Of a DNA stretch of 64,000 bases, positions 36,800 through 47,264 are shown piece by piece. The stretch comes from a virus. The notes beneath the pieces were generated by a model. It had not been told where the DNA came from and made no database searches. It saw only the letters and a program-made list of their open reading frames with translations. Made by a program: the position numbers and the translations under genes. Position 1 is the stretch's first letter, and every line of letters starts with the position of its first letter. Location of the stretch: IMG/VR virus record IMGVR_UViG_3300037418_003024, positions 1 through 64,000 of that record. One strand, written 5' to 3'.

Positions 36800-38419
36800 G
36801 TGCTTGTTAGCAATTGCGGAGTCACGGAACCTATCCGGGCTCCGGGCGTCAAAGACCTTCCGATTCTTCAGCCGGACCCGGCCGTAGAGACTTATGCGGC
36901 CTTGCTTGGGCCGCGAGCGATGCATCTGCGGATCTCGGCTCACTGCGATTCCGAGTGCGTCTTTTGTGAGCGGGAATCGTGGAAGCGTGGCGACAAAGAA
37001 CCCGAAGTCGACATGCCGATTGAGGTGTGGGAGCAGGTCAAGGCGAAGTTCCTGGGCCGGGTCGAGGGTATTGAGGTCGCTGGTCTCGGCGAACCGATGC
37101 TGGCCAAGACGTTCCCGACGATCGCTCGCGACGTGCTTGGCGCCGGCAAGATCTTCTACTTCCCGACCAACGGCCATTTCCTGACAACGAAGATTGCCGA
37201 CTGCCTGGGCGACGGCACAAACGTGCGCGTGTCGGTGTCGATGGACGCCGCCACGCCGGAAACGTATGTTGCGATCGGCCGCGGCAAGAAACCTGCCGAC
37301 TTCCGTAAGGTCGTCGATGGTGTCAAGGCGTTCCGTAAATCTCGTCCGAACGCGTTCGTCCACTCGCAGTTCACTGCCGGGACGTACAACATCGACGAAT
37401 TCCCCGCGTTTATCGACCTGTGCGCCGAGATGGGGGTGCACGAAGTTCAGTTCCGGTTCGTGCATGCCCACACGGTCGCCCGCGAGGATGTTTCCCTGCG
37501 GTTCGCGCGGGATCGGACCGAATCGGCACTCGTCGCGGCACAGCGGAAGGCGGCGGACTACGGCATTACGCTCAACATCGAGCGACGTCCTTATTCGAAG
37601 GAGCAGCCGAATTCCGGGAAGCAAGACCCGATCAGTCGCCTGAAGCGATACCTGGACTTTGCTCCGTTCACCGTACCGACGTGCGGCGGATCGAGCGTTA
37701 GCTCACCGTGCAGTTGTTCGCAGATAGGAGGGCAGATACTTGCGACCAATACAACGGTTACTAGCACGATTGCTACTGCTACATCCGGAGTAGGAAACAA
37801 CCAAACGGTAACTTACTTTTGTCCTGCTAACGGCTCGCAAGTAGTCGATACTAATGCTTCGTATGTCAATGTTTGGACCACGTACGTAGTGTACATCGGG
37901 AATGATGCCCAATTCTGGGCATGTCCCGACAGTGCAACCCACACATGCTATATCGGCAATGGGCAGACCTATCTTCATAGGATCCAAACTGACTTTGTCC
38001 ACTCTTCGGCAGCTTGCCCGAATACAACGTTCACGATTCAGCTTGGATTTTCAACGTTAAGTGCTAGCACGTCTCAGTCTTTTGGTGATTGTCCTCCGTA
38101 CTTTTGCGCGGCCTCGGAGGGCGGTCCCGAGATCGTGACCACAGTGCAGGTACCGCTGGCTGATCTGGCATCGGGCGGCTTCTCCGCTCAGTCGGTAGAG
38201 CAACCGTTCCGTTACGCGGATGCGGCGGCAATCGTGTGGTGCGACGGACGAATTACGTCGTGTTTCGCAGAGCACGTGGTCGGCGATGTGGCGAAAGACG
38301 ACTACGACAGCCTGATTCGCAACCGCCGGTACCAGGCGTTCATGCAACGCCGGCAGAGCGGCACGAATGCGGCGATCTTGGGTGAGCCTTGGTGCGCCCA
38401 CTGCCCGCGGGTGTATTGA
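36800..38419 (+). CDS. Radical SAM/SPASM(twitch) protein with a Cys/Ser/Thr-rich insert of about 140 aa
   Basis: CDSECVFC, GLGEPML, TNG, VSMDA; C-terminal DGRITSC...CAHC. Confidence 0.88.
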   Translation: MLVSNCGVTEPIRAPGVKDLPILQPDPAVETYAALLGPRAMHLRISAHCDSECVFCERESWKRGDKEPEVDMPIEVWEQVKAKFLGRVEGIEVAGLGEPMLAKTFPTIARDVLGAGKIFYFPTNGHFLTTKIADCLGDGTNVRVSVSMDAATPETYVAIGRGKKPADFRKVVDGVKAFRKSRPNAFVHSQFTAGTYNIDEFPAFIDLCAEMGVHEVQFRFVHAHTVAREDVSLRFARDRTESALVAAQRKAADYGITLNIERRPYSKEQPNSGKQDPISRLKRYLDFAPFTVPTCGGSSVSSPCSCSQIGGQILATNTTVTSTIATATSGVGNNQTVTYFCPANGSQVVDTNASYVNVWTTYVVYIGNDAQFWACPDSATHTCYIGNGQTYLHRIQTDFVHSSAACPNTTFTIQLGFSTLSASTSQSFGDCPPYFCAASEGGPEIVTTVQVPLADLASGGFSAQSVEQPFRYADAAAIVWCDGRITSCFAEHVVGDVAKDDYDSLIRNRRYQAFMQRRQSGTNAAILGEPWCAHCPRVY

Positions 38420-39264
38420 TGCGTGTCTACGACTGCGTGGTCTTCAACGACGAACTGGATTTGCTCGAGATCCGCTTGCACGAACTCGCCGACGTCGTCG
38501 ATGTGTTCGTGATCTGTGAGGGGAACTTCGACTTCAAGGGCCGCCGTAAGCCACTGCACTTTCTGAATAACGCCAGTCGGTTCGAACCGTTCCTCGACAA
38601 GATACGGCACGTCGGCTGCGTGCGCGGTATGCCTCAGCAGCATCCGTTCATCCAGCGCGGTGAGTGGGATCCTCGCGCTTGGGCGAACGAACATTATCAG
38701 CGCGATAGGTGTTGGAGTGCGATAGGTGACGCGACCCCTGACGATATCATCCTGCTAAGCGATGGTGACGAGATCCCGGCGGCCTCGGCGGTTCGGCGGC
38801 TGCGCGACGGATTCACGTCGCCGGTTCGGATTTGCGGACGGCAGCATTACTACAACTTCAACCGGTCGTTTCGATCGAATGATTACCACGGCTGGGCGGC
38901 GATGACGTTGGCGTCGACCCGCGCGGCCATCGGCTCGGCTCCCGCGTCGGAATTCCGAAAGACCTACTGCGCCCCGCTCTCGACCGAGCCGATGGGCTGG
39001 CACTGCACCTGGTTCGGCGGACACTGGCGGGTGAAGCTCAAGGAGTACATATACAATCACCCGATGGCGGCCTCGCTTGACGATCGCATCGCTGAAGGGG
39101 ACGCGAACGGGCGGGAGGCGCATCACGGCTGGAAGCTCGCCTACTCCGATGATCTCTCGACCATCCCCGTATACGTACAGCAGAACCTGCCGAAGTTCGC
39201 GCACCTCTTCGACGAGATGTGCATTACGACGCACGGCACTCTGTTCGATTATCCCGAGGTCTGA
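38419..39264 (+). CDS. GT17-like (beta-1,4-GlcNAc transferase) glycosyltransferase
   Basis: RVYDCVVFNDELDLLEIRLHELADVVDVFVICE...LSDGDEIP...GWHCTW. Confidence 0.85.
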   Translation: MRVYDCVVFNDELDLLEIRLHELADVVDVFVICEGNFDFKGRRKPLHFLNNASRFEPFLDKIRHVGCVRGMPQQHPFIQRGEWDPRAWANEHYQRDRCWSAIGDATPDDIILLSDGDEIPAASAVRRLRDGFTSPVRICGRQHYYNFNRSFRSNDYHGWAAMTLASTRAAIGSAPASEFRKTYCAPLSTEPMGWHCTWFGGHWRVKLKEYIYNHPMAASLDDRIAEGDANGREAHHGWKLAYSDDLSTIPVYVQQNLPKFAHLFDEMCITTHGTLFDYPEV

Positions 39265-39266
39265 CG

Positions 39267-42050
39267 GTGCCCACCCTCTACCAAGACATTCCCGGTTGGA
39301 TGGATTTCGAGACATTGTACGACCAGATTGTGCCCTCACTGCAACCGGGCGCCATCATCGTCGAAGTCGGGAGCTACTTTGGGCGGTCTGCGGTCTACAT
39401 GGCCGAACTCTTGGCCGATCGCGAGATGGAAGTCGAGTTCTACGCAGTCGATGTGTGGAACGTCTCGACCTACGAGCGCGAGGACCATACCGCATACCAT
39501 GCCAGATTTGGCAGTCAATGGGATGCTTTCCAGTACAGCATTCAAAGCGCCGGCCTGGAAGATCGCATCAAGCCGATGCGCATGCCGTCGACGGAAGCCG
39601 CGGCGAAGTTCGCCGATGAATCTATCGACTTTCTCTTTCTCGACGCCGACCACGAGTACCCGGGCGTCAGCGCGGATATGGCGGCATGGTGGCCGAAGGT
39701 GAAGGTCGGTGGCATCATGGCCGGGCACGACTACCACGGGTTCCCGGGTGTTGAGCGCGCCGTGCGAGAACGCTTCGGGCATCTGAAGGCGGTTCACGGA
39801 AACTGCTGGATGGTGACGAAGACGCCGGCGGCTCCGAATGTGAGCGTCCGAGAAGGTGTCATCAATGCCCTCGACCTCTCCATCGTTATCCCCACCTACA
39901 ACAAAGTCGAGCTCACCGCCCAGTGCTTCGCGTCGATCGCGCGCAATGTCGGTCGCCTCAAGTACGAAATCATCGTCGTCGATAATGGCTCGACGGACGC
40001 GACCAATAGCTTCGTCGGGTCGCACGTCGCCGGGCAGATCCGCGGGGCGGCACAGGGCACACCGCCGAAGAAAGTCACGCTCCTGCACAACGAGGTTCCC
40101 CGGCTGCTCGCGCGGTCGTGGAACATGGGAGTGGATGCGGCTCGTGGCCGGCAGATACTGATCACGAACAACGACGTTCTGTTCTCTCCCGGCAGCCTGG
40201 AATCGATGGTGTGGCTCGCGGATATAAACGATTCTGCCGGCGTCGTACTCCCACTCGGCCCGCGCGACGTCGCCGCCGCCCCACGCATTGAGCGCCCGGA
40301 CACGTCCGATACCCCGGTAGACACTTCTATCCGCAACATGGAGGCGGTCGAGAAATATTGGGTCGGCCATAAGGCGACCGGCGGCGTGCAGTACCTCAGC
40401 GATCCCTACGTACCCCAGGGCGGCTACTGTTTCGTCCTCACGCGCCGGGCGTGGGAGGCGACTGGTCGATTCGACGAAGAGTATGACTTGACCGCCGAGG
40501 ACTGGGACTACTTCGCGCGGATGCGACGACATTACAAACTCACCCGGTCGACGGACGCGTATGTCGAGCACTTCGAGCATTCGAGCTGCATGGATCTCGG
40601 CCTGGAATTCCACGAACGGTTATGCCGAAACCGTTTCCGCCTGACTGAGAAGAACGAGCACTGTTACGAGATGTTCTCGATCGTGATGCCGACCTACAAC
40701 CGCGTCGACGCGCTGCGCCCGGCCATCGACAGTGTGCTCGCCCAAACGTTCCCCCATTGGCGGCTCTACATTATCGATGACGGTTCGACCAACTGGGACG
40801 AGATCCAGGCGCTTTCGAAAGAGTACGCACTGGCCGCTAACCGCATATGGTGGTTCCATCGGCCGAAGAACGAAGGGCCGGGTTCGGCGCGCAACTGGGG
40901 ACTGTCGTACACGCGCGGCAAGTATGTCGCGTTTCTGGACAGTGACGATCTGTGGTATCGCGACCACCTGCAGGCGCATTGGGACGCCCACGAAAACGGA
41001 CAATGGGCGATGGTCTACAGTGATCCCGATTTCGCCTGGCGGTGGTGGGACAAGAGCGTCGGGCGGTTCCTCTACCAGAGCGACAAGCACCCGTTCATTG
41101 ATTACCTCGGAGGGGGCGCGCCATGGTCGCCTGAACTGCTGCGGCAGCGTTGCTACATCCAGACGTCGGCCGTGAGCGTGTGGGGCAACCTGGCGCGCTC
41201 GCTGCGGTTCCCTGAACACATGCGCGTTGAGGAAGATTGGGAGTACTTCAAGGCCACTGCGGACGTTTTTGGCCCGGGCCGCCCTGTGCTGCACCTTCCT
41301 CGGAAAACCTGCCGGTACCACATCGCCCGTAACCCGCACGAGGAAGATCACCTGACTCGCGGGTTCGTGCCTCAATCGGTCGATTCTCCGAAGCCGCGAC
41401 TCATGCTGGACCGTCCGGTAACGGGCGAGATCGGCGTCGTCACGCCGACGAAAGAGCGCCCGTGTTGCCTACCTCGCGCGATCTCAAGCGCCGGCGCGGT
41501 GCCGGTGGTCGTGGTCGATGATGGCTCCATGGTCGCGACCGAAGCCTTCGACATTTGCGAGCGGTCGCCAAACGTCTCTCTCCTGCGGTTCGATCGATCG
41601 CAGGGTGCGAGCGCGGCCCGCAATATCGGCGTTGACCGGCTGCAGACGGAGTGGGTGCAGTTCCTCGACGACGATGATGTGTTGACGGCGGACTGGCTCG
41701 CACGGCTCCGCCCGCATATGGTGGCCGGTGTCGACGTAATCATTGGCGCGGCGTACGTTCCTGGTGAGCGCGGTTTGGCCGTGAATAACGACGTGTTCAC
41801 GTCGCAAATCTGCGTCCGTCGGTCCTGGCTCATTGACGCCGGGGGATTCCGGTCGGGTGTCGCGTGGATGGAAGAGCGCGAGCTCATCGAGCGACTGCAA
41901 GCGATGGGGGCGAACGTCGTGCGCGAGCCCGTGCCGACCGTCACGCGCCCTGCTCGCGGTGGATCTGGCGACCCGGCGACGGTGTCCAAACCTGCTCCGG
42001 TGCCAGCCTCCGGTCGCCGCGTGGTGGGCAGGTTCGGAGGTAAGTTCTGA
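39267..42050 (+). CDS. Class I SAM methyltransferase fused to three GT2 domains
   Basis: VEVGSYFGRS/FLDADHEY/GHDY; SIVIPTYN, SIVMPTYN and GVVTPTK with DXD motifs. Confidence 0.88.
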   Translation: MPTLYQDIPGWMDFETLYDQIVPSLQPGAIIVEVGSYFGRSAVYMAELLADREMEVEFYAVDVWNVSTYEREDHTAYHARFGSQWDAFQYSIQSAGLEDRIKPMRMPSTEAAAKFADESIDFLFLDADHEYPGVSADMAAWWPKVKVGGIMAGHDYHGFPGVERAVRERFGHLKAVHGNCWMVTKTPAAPNVSVREGVINALDLSIVIPTYNKVELTAQCFASIARNVGRLKYEIIVVDNGSTDATNSFVGSHVAGQIRGAAQGTPPKKVTLLHNEVPRLLARSWNMGVDAARGRQILITNNDVLFSPGSLESMVWLADINDSAGVVLPLGPRDVAAAPRIERPDTSDTPVDTSIRNMEAVEKYWVGHKATGGVQYLSDPYVPQGGYCFVLTRRAWEATGRFDEEYDLTAEDWDYFARMRRHYKLTRSTDAYVEHFEHSSCMDLGLEFHERLCRNRFRLTEKNEHCYEMFSIVMPTYNRVDALRPAIDSVLAQTFPHWRLYIIDDGSTNWDEIQALSKEYALAANRIWWFHRPKNEGPGSARNWGLSYTRGKYVAFLDSDDLWYRDHLQAHWDAHENGQWAMVYSDPDFAWRWWDKSVGRFLYQSDKHPFIDYLGGGAPWSPELLRQRCYIQTSAVSVWGNLARSLRFPEHMRVEEDWEYFKATADVFGPGRPVLHLPRKTCRYHIARNPHEEDHLTRGFVPQSVDSPKPRLMLDRPVTGEIGVVTPTKERPCCLPRAISSAGAVPVVVVDDGSMVATEAFDICERSPNVSLLRFDRSQGASAARNIGVDRLQTEWVQFLDDDDVLTADWLARLRPHMVAGVDVIIGAAYVPGERGLAVNNDVFTSQICVRRSWLIDAGGFRSGVAWMEERELIERLQAMGANVVREPVPTVTRPARGGSGDPATVSKPAPVPASGRRVVGRFGGKF

Positions 42051-42409
42051 TGCCGTCCGCGTTCACACGGTGGGGAGCGATGAAGCCGGGCCCGATCTCG
42101 TCACCCAATAGTTGGCGTCGAGGAGTGGGGTATGTCGACAACGTCACGCCTGTCGGCGCCATCGACGGGGTGAACAAGATATACACGCTCGTCGATTCGA
42201 CTGGAGCGGTGAAAGCGCCAAATCCGGCGGCGTCGCTGCTTCTACTCGCCGACGGTAATGCCTGCGTGCAGAACGGCCCCGCGGCCGATCCTTCCGGCAA
42301 TCCGATGTTTACGTACACGTTGAGCGGCGACACGGTCACTTTCAATAATGCGCTGCCGTCGACCGTTGTCACGCTCAAGGCCTGGTTCCGATACAAGCTG
42401 GGGAGTTGA
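42050..42409 (+). CDS. Putative tail/fibre-associated protein
   Basis: GAIDGVNKIYTL and YTLSGDTVTF..A motifs seen in phage tail proteins. Confidence 0.5.
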   Translation: MPSAFTRWGAMKPGPISSPNSWRRGVGYVDNVTPVGAIDGVNKIYTLVDSTGAVKAPNPAASLLLLADGNACVQNGPAADPSGNPMFTYTLSGDTVTFNNALPSTVVTLKAWFRYKLGS

Positions 42410-42411
42410 AA

Positions 42412-44490
42412 ATGCGTTTCGTTCGATACTGGCTCTTGCTGATTGTCTGTTTAATGCTGCCAGCGTACGGGCAGATGTCCCAGGACCTGGTGCGATTCCG
42501 TCCGCCCGTGGCGCCGGATTCCGTGACCGTCGGCGCTCCGTCCTATTCGGGCACGACGGAGTATCTGCGCTTCTCGCCGCTCTTTTCCGCGACATCGCCG
42601 GCGATGTCCGTGCAGCAATACCAATGGCAGTATTCGACCGACAGTGGGACGACATGGAAAGGACCGGACGGAACTTCGTCGACCTACTACTTCGCGCCGA
42701 GTTATATTAATAGCTTCACGTCCGGCACGATGGAGGTGAGGTGTAGGTCCATCACGCCGCAATATCCGTCGGGCGTGGCGTCGGCGTGGGTGACGAGCGC
42801 GAACACGACCTACACGTCGCCATCCAGCGGCGGTGGCACGGTGGTTCCGTTTACGACATGGTCGAGCACAACAACATACACGACGGGGCAGGTCGTCTAT
42901 GGTTCGGACAATAACCTCTATGTCTCGCAGGGCAATTCCAACCTGAACAATAATCCGACGCTCGACACCGGTACGAACTGGAAGCTCTGGGGACTTGAGG
43001 CCAACCTGACGATGAATTGCGGTGTGGGGCAACAGTTTGCCGATACGTTCGCGGCGAGTTCATCGCCTGGGGGAGCAATGTCCCCTGGCATGAACACTGC
43101 GATCACCTTCTCTGCCACGGCGGGGGTCGCTGTCTCGCCTACGGTTGCCACTGCTACCTACCAGCAGGCGAACAATCCATCGACAACTTGCAGTGCCACG
43201 GGGTCGACCACAACGCTAGTAACGACGCTCAACATACCCCTCTACGCACATATCCTGTTCAAGGGTGACGTGACTGTGGGACTGAAAGGATATACCGGCA
43301 CAGTAACCGCGAGCACCTATTCGGCTGGAAATTACACGCTCACACTCGGCAATATGTTCAGCGGTAGTACGGTTGGATCAGGCAATCCAGGAGTGGTTGC
43401 GCTCCCGTCCGCGCCAGTCGGTGGGGATACCTTTTGGTACACACCGTTCTATGGGAGTAACCGAATACTATTTAACTCCCTGGCGATCGGGCAGAACGCG
43501 AAGGTGCTCGGTAGCACTTCCAATCCGGTTTGCCCGACAGCTCTCCCGTCCGTGACGTTTTCCGGAACCGGCGGGACTGGTTGGGCGATCGGGCCGCCAA
43601 ACTATTTTGCTGTCTCCTACACCTACGTGGACAATTCCGGGACGACCCGAGAAACCCTTCCTGGCTCGGTTGTCTCACAAACCGCATCGAGCGGTCAACA
43701 GCCCACCGTCGCCTCCTTCACGCTGCCGACCGGGATCGCCGGCGCCAAGCTGTACGCGTCGGAGACATTAAACGGGACACTCTACTACCAGGCAACTTTT
43801 ACAATCTCAGGAGGTGTCGCCCAGGCGCTCTCAGTCCCCGCCTACACGACATCAAGCTACGCCGCCGCGACAACGATGCCTGACGTGGCTACCTACCCGT
43901 GCGCGATCGGTGGAAATCCCCTCTCAAACCAAGGGCTAATCAATATCCAACCATACGGGCAAAGCTACGCCGCCAATACGGTGAGCTATATAAGCGGACT
44001 CACTCTCTATGGGCTAGGTTCGGCAGGGAACTCTTCAGCCTGTGGTGTGGTGATGGCCTTCAACTGCGCGAGCAAGATTCTAAACTGCGTGCTCGCGGGA
44101 TGGGGTACAGCCAGTGGCTCTGTCGGTGGAAACGCCATAATCACCGAGTACGGCAAATCGGCTGTTTACCTGCAGAACGACGAGATCAGTAACTCCTATA
44201 CCGGGTTTTGCATGTTCTCTGGTTCCGGGCTCACGCGAAACATTCGCATTTATAACTGCGATTACGGAATACTCTGTGATTCCTCCGGCAGTTCAGGCGA
44301 CGTTGAGGGCGCGAACGTCTGGGCGACGTATGGATTCTACTCTCGATATAGCAGCACTCTCTACACGACGCCGTACCAGCCGACGAACGGGACTGCCGTT
44401 CCAACGTATGGTTGCTCGACTGCCTCTTCCCCCGGTTTTAATGCCCTTGGAACTGGGCAGCAGGCCGGATCAATCAACTATAACGACTAG
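42412..44490 (+). CDS. Tail-fibre/spike-like protein with signal peptide, FN3-like, CBM5/12-like and beta-helix segments
   Basis: MRFVRYWLLLIVCLMLPAYG; WSSTTTYTTGQVVY...NNNP....NW; S/T/G-rich. Confidence 0.65.
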   Translation: MRFVRYWLLLIVCLMLPAYGQMSQDLVRFRPPVAPDSVTVGAPSYSGTTEYLRFSPLFSATSPAMSVQQYQWQYSTDSGTTWKGPDGTSSTYYFAPSYINSFTSGTMEVRCRSITPQYPSGVASAWVTSANTTYTSPSSGGGTVVPFTTWSSTTTYTTGQVVYGSDNNLYVSQGNSNLNNNPTLDTGTNWKLWGLEANLTMNCGVGQQFADTFAASSSPGGAMSPGMNTAITFSATAGVAVSPTVATATYQQANNPSTTCSATGSTTTLVTTLNIPLYAHILFKGDVTVGLKGYTGTVTASTYSAGNYTLTLGNMFSGSTVGSGNPGVVALPSAPVGGDTFWYTPFYGSNRILFNSLAIGQNAKVLGSTSNPVCPTALPSVTFSGTGGTGWAIGPPNYFAVSYTYVDNSGTTRETLPGSVVSQTASSGQQPTVASFTLPTGIAGAKLYASETLNGTLYYQATFTISGGVAQALSVPAYTTSSYAAATTMPDVATYPCAIGGNPLSNQGLINIQPYGQSYAANTVSYISGLTLYGLGSAGNSSACGVVMAFNCASKILNCVLAGWGTASGSVGGNAIITEYGKSAVYLQNDEISNSYTGFCMFSGSGLTRNIRIYNCDYGILCDSSGSSGDVEGANVWATYGFYSRYSSTLYTTPYQPTNGTAVPTYGCSTASSPGFNALGTGQQAGSINYND

Positions 44491-44498
44491 GAGGCGCA

Positions 44499-44750
44499 AT
44501 GTCACTACCGGATTGGGCGATCGGACTGAATCAGACGGACGGTTGCGGTACGACGTGGAAACTCGACAGCGACCTGACCGTAGCAACAATGGACGGCGAG
44601 ATCGAGGTGACGCGAACATCAAGCGCTACGGTGACGGTGAACCCCGATCAGTCGGTGACATTCCCGTGCCCTGGATGCGGGAAGTCGATCACGAGGTCGG
44701 AAAGTGATGGCCCGGTCAACATCTCGCAAGGACTTGATCTGTCCACGTGA
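44499..44750 (+). CDS. Small hypothetical protein (CPGC)
   Basis: AGGAGG RBS. Confidence 0.6.
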   Translation: MSLPDWAIGLNQTDGCGTTWKLDSDLTVATMDGEIEVTRTSSATVTVNPDQSVTFPCPGCGKSITRSESDGPVNISQGLDLST

Positions 44751-44774
44751 TATCCCACTAACCCGCGTGTCTAC
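44747..44774 (+). promoter_or_regulatory. Putative phage-sigma promoter (GTGATA-N15-TGTCTAC)
   Basis: Recurring motif; GTG 44783 follows with no RBS. Confidence 0.6.
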
Positions 44775-44782
44775 TTCTCATC

Positions 44783-47251
44783 GTGAGAGTAGACACGCTC
44801 CTCGAAGTAGACATTAACGCCCTGCGCGCCGTTTTCCCGATGGAGGTCAAGCCGTTCTTCAGCACGACCGACTTCGTGGGGGAGTACGCGAGCAGCGGGT
44901 TCCCGCGGTACGATGCCTCCGGCCTCGTCCAGAGTGCACAAGATGGCACGCAGGCCGGGATGGAATTCGATCCTATCGCGAAGGTGGTTCACCCGCGAGC
45001 GGTCTTTCTCCCCCACGATCAGAAGTTCGCCGCATTCAACCCCGGCGGCTATGACTACACTGATCGCGACTGCTTCAGCTCCGACTCAGGCAATCCTTAC
45101 TTCTTCTGGGCGATGCCTCCACGCGAATCGGTCGGCACGGCGGACTACTCGTTGCCGGACCCCGCCGAACCCGGCTTTCAGGCACTCAGGTTCGATACCG
45201 CTGACGGCAACCCATTCGCCGTTCTGCTCGACGGCGCCCCATGTATCGCCTCCCAAGCGTACACCGGTTTCATGAAGTTCGGGCCGCCTGGTAATCTTGG
45301 CGGCTACATCAGCGCTGCCGGATATCGATGGCGAGTTGTGGGATCGAGCCGCGGAACGTATCGGTGGTTCGAGGTCACATGGCAATCGGGCGATGGCGTA
45401 TGGTTCCGGTACAACGACGTGAACGACGCTGACGGGTCGCCGGACGATAATTACTGGGTCGACGTCGACCAGATTGGGCAGGGGTCACAGGTTTCAGACA
45501 CCCTGAGCACCCAGTACGCCCCGAACACTGGCGACGATCCGAACGCCGGAGATCCCCCAGTCCATACCATCTACGTCAAGGTGATGGGTGGATTGATGCA
45601 GGTCACCATCGACAGCGATGTGACGCCGTATGTTTGGACGCTTGATCTTGCGGACAGCGTCGGTGAACCGGACTGGGTGATCGACTGGTGGCAAATGATC
45701 GCCTTCGACATCCTCATGGTCGAGTGGTCCGTCCATGCGACGAAGTGGCGGGCCTCGGCCGCGATCGCGTCCAATGAAATCAACCTGGGCTTTGTCCCGT
45801 CCAGTGGACAACTCAGCACGATGCTGCTTCGGGCTCATTACTTGCCCACCTACCGCCAGTCGGACGGCTCCGCTGCGCCGTACACAAACTACGTGCATGT
45901 CGGATTTAGGCCGGACGGTACCGGCGCGGATCTCGAAACATGGTCCGTCAACGGCGTTCTTTACCAATATCTTCTGACGATCAATAACATAGAAACAGGT
46001 ACGTGGAAGGGATTCGCCTATGCCGACTTCACGGCTGCCGTTCATGCGGTGACGATCGACTTCGCTGCCAGCACCTATTCTAAGGTCCAGGCTCCTACCG
46101 TGCTCGGCACGCTCGGCGCGCCTCCTAACCCCCAATCGATCGAAATCACCAAAACGTTCGACCTGGACCGCCTCACGATTACGTCAACGTGCGCGATGAC
46201 GTTCCGGAACTTCACGGGCCTCTGGACGAACTGGAACAACAACGGCATCGTGGATATGCACGGCCATATGGCCGCACAGGTGAACTTGGGTATTGGCGCC
46301 TACGGCACGACGCGATCGGAATTCCTCGGGATCTGGAATACGCGGTTCACGAACGATTGGAAAGGCGGGGGGAACGACGACGTTACGATCTTTGGTGACG
46401 ACATCTCACTGATGCTCCGCGTCCCGGCGTTCAACCTGCCGTGGATGGATGGCTGGAACGTGTACTACGCTCTGGCGTTCCTCGCGGCCATGGGCGGCAT
46501 CACGCTTAACCAGCTTGCATTCGCGACCTATGTTCCCGCCAACCCCTACGACCCATCGCCTGGACTGGTGCAGCAATATTATCTCCCGACCGGGCCGGCA
46601 GGGACGGCGCTGACGCGGTTTACGGGTGGTCAACTGATCTGGGATATCATGCTCAAGATCGCCCAGAGCATTGGCTTTATGCTCTTCTTCGGGGTCGACG
46701 GTTATCTCTACTTCTTCAAGTTCGGGCTGGTAGGCATACCGTCAATCGTCAAGACGTTCAACTACGTCGCTGGAGCGTATGGCGGCGGTGCCGGCCTCGA
46801 CGAGATCTTCATGGGAACGTACGAGTCTGGCCTCTACGAAACACGAAACAGTGTCACGGTAATCGGCGTGTCCGCGCTCGGTCCACTTTGGAATCCGATT
46901 GTCGCGTGGGACACAGACACGGACAGTGTCTATAACGACTACGTCTGGAATTACAAAGGGTATTTCGATCCCACGGTATGGGTCGATAACATCTTCGCCG
47001 ACCAGGCGTTTGCTGGCGTCGCGGCGGAATCGCTTCTCAACTTCCTGCGACTGCCGGATAAGAGCTTGAAGTTCTCGACCTGGTACCCGGGCGATATCGG
47101 CGTCTACCCGAACATGTTCATCAACATCGTCAATCCGCGGTCGAGCGCGTCCAACTTCACCTTCTTTGTAGTCGGCACGCACGTCACCGTCGGCAAGGGC
47201 AAGATCCCGCAAATGGACATCACGGCCCGCATCGTGCCACAACTCTATTGA
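44783..47251 (+). CDS. Putative tail tip/hub protein
   Basis: 822 aa; IAQSIGFMLFFGVDGYLYF...TRNSVTVIG resembles hub proteins. Confidence 0.6.
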   Translation: MRVDTLLEVDINALRAVFPMEVKPFFSTTDFVGEYASSGFPRYDASGLVQSAQDGTQAGMEFDPIAKVVHPRAVFLPHDQKFAAFNPGGYDYTDRDCFSSDSGNPYFFWAMPPRESVGTADYSLPDPAEPGFQALRFDTADGNPFAVLLDGAPCIASQAYTGFMKFGPPGNLGGYISAAGYRWRVVGSSRGTYRWFEVTWQSGDGVWFRYNDVNDADGSPDDNYWVDVDQIGQGSQVSDTLSTQYAPNTGDDPNAGDPPVHTIYVKVMGGLMQVTIDSDVTPYVWTLDLADSVGEPDWVIDWWQMIAFDILMVEWSVHATKWRASAAIASNEINLGFVPSSGQLSTMLLRAHYLPTYRQSDGSAAPYTNYVHVGFRPDGTGADLETWSVNGVLYQYLLTINNIETGTWKGFAYADFTAAVHAVTIDFAASTYSKVQAPTVLGTLGAPPNPQSIEITKTFDLDRLTITSTCAMTFRNFTGLWTNWNNNGIVDMHGHMAAQVNLGIGAYGTTRSEFLGIWNTRFTNDWKGGGNDDVTIFGDDISLMLRVPAFNLPWMDGWNVYYALAFLAAMGGITLNQLAFATYVPANPYDPSPGLVQQYYLPTGPAGTALTRFTGGQLIWDIMLKIAQSIGFMLFFGVDGYLYFFKFGLVGIPSIVKTFNYVAGAYGGGAGLDEIFMGTYESGLYETRNSVTVIGVSALGPLWNPIVAWDTDTDSVYNDYVWNYKGYFDPTVWVDNIFADQAFAGVAAESLLNFLRLPDKSLKFSTWYPGDIGVYPNMFINIVNPRSSASNFTFFVVGTHVTVGKGKIPQMDITARIVPQLY

Positions 47252-47264
47252 TGCCCGAGCACGC

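Noticed and set aside
37670-38120. Intein or DGR variable region in the radical SAM gene
   Set aside because: No HN-C/S/T splice junction; no template repeat or reverse transcriptase in the window
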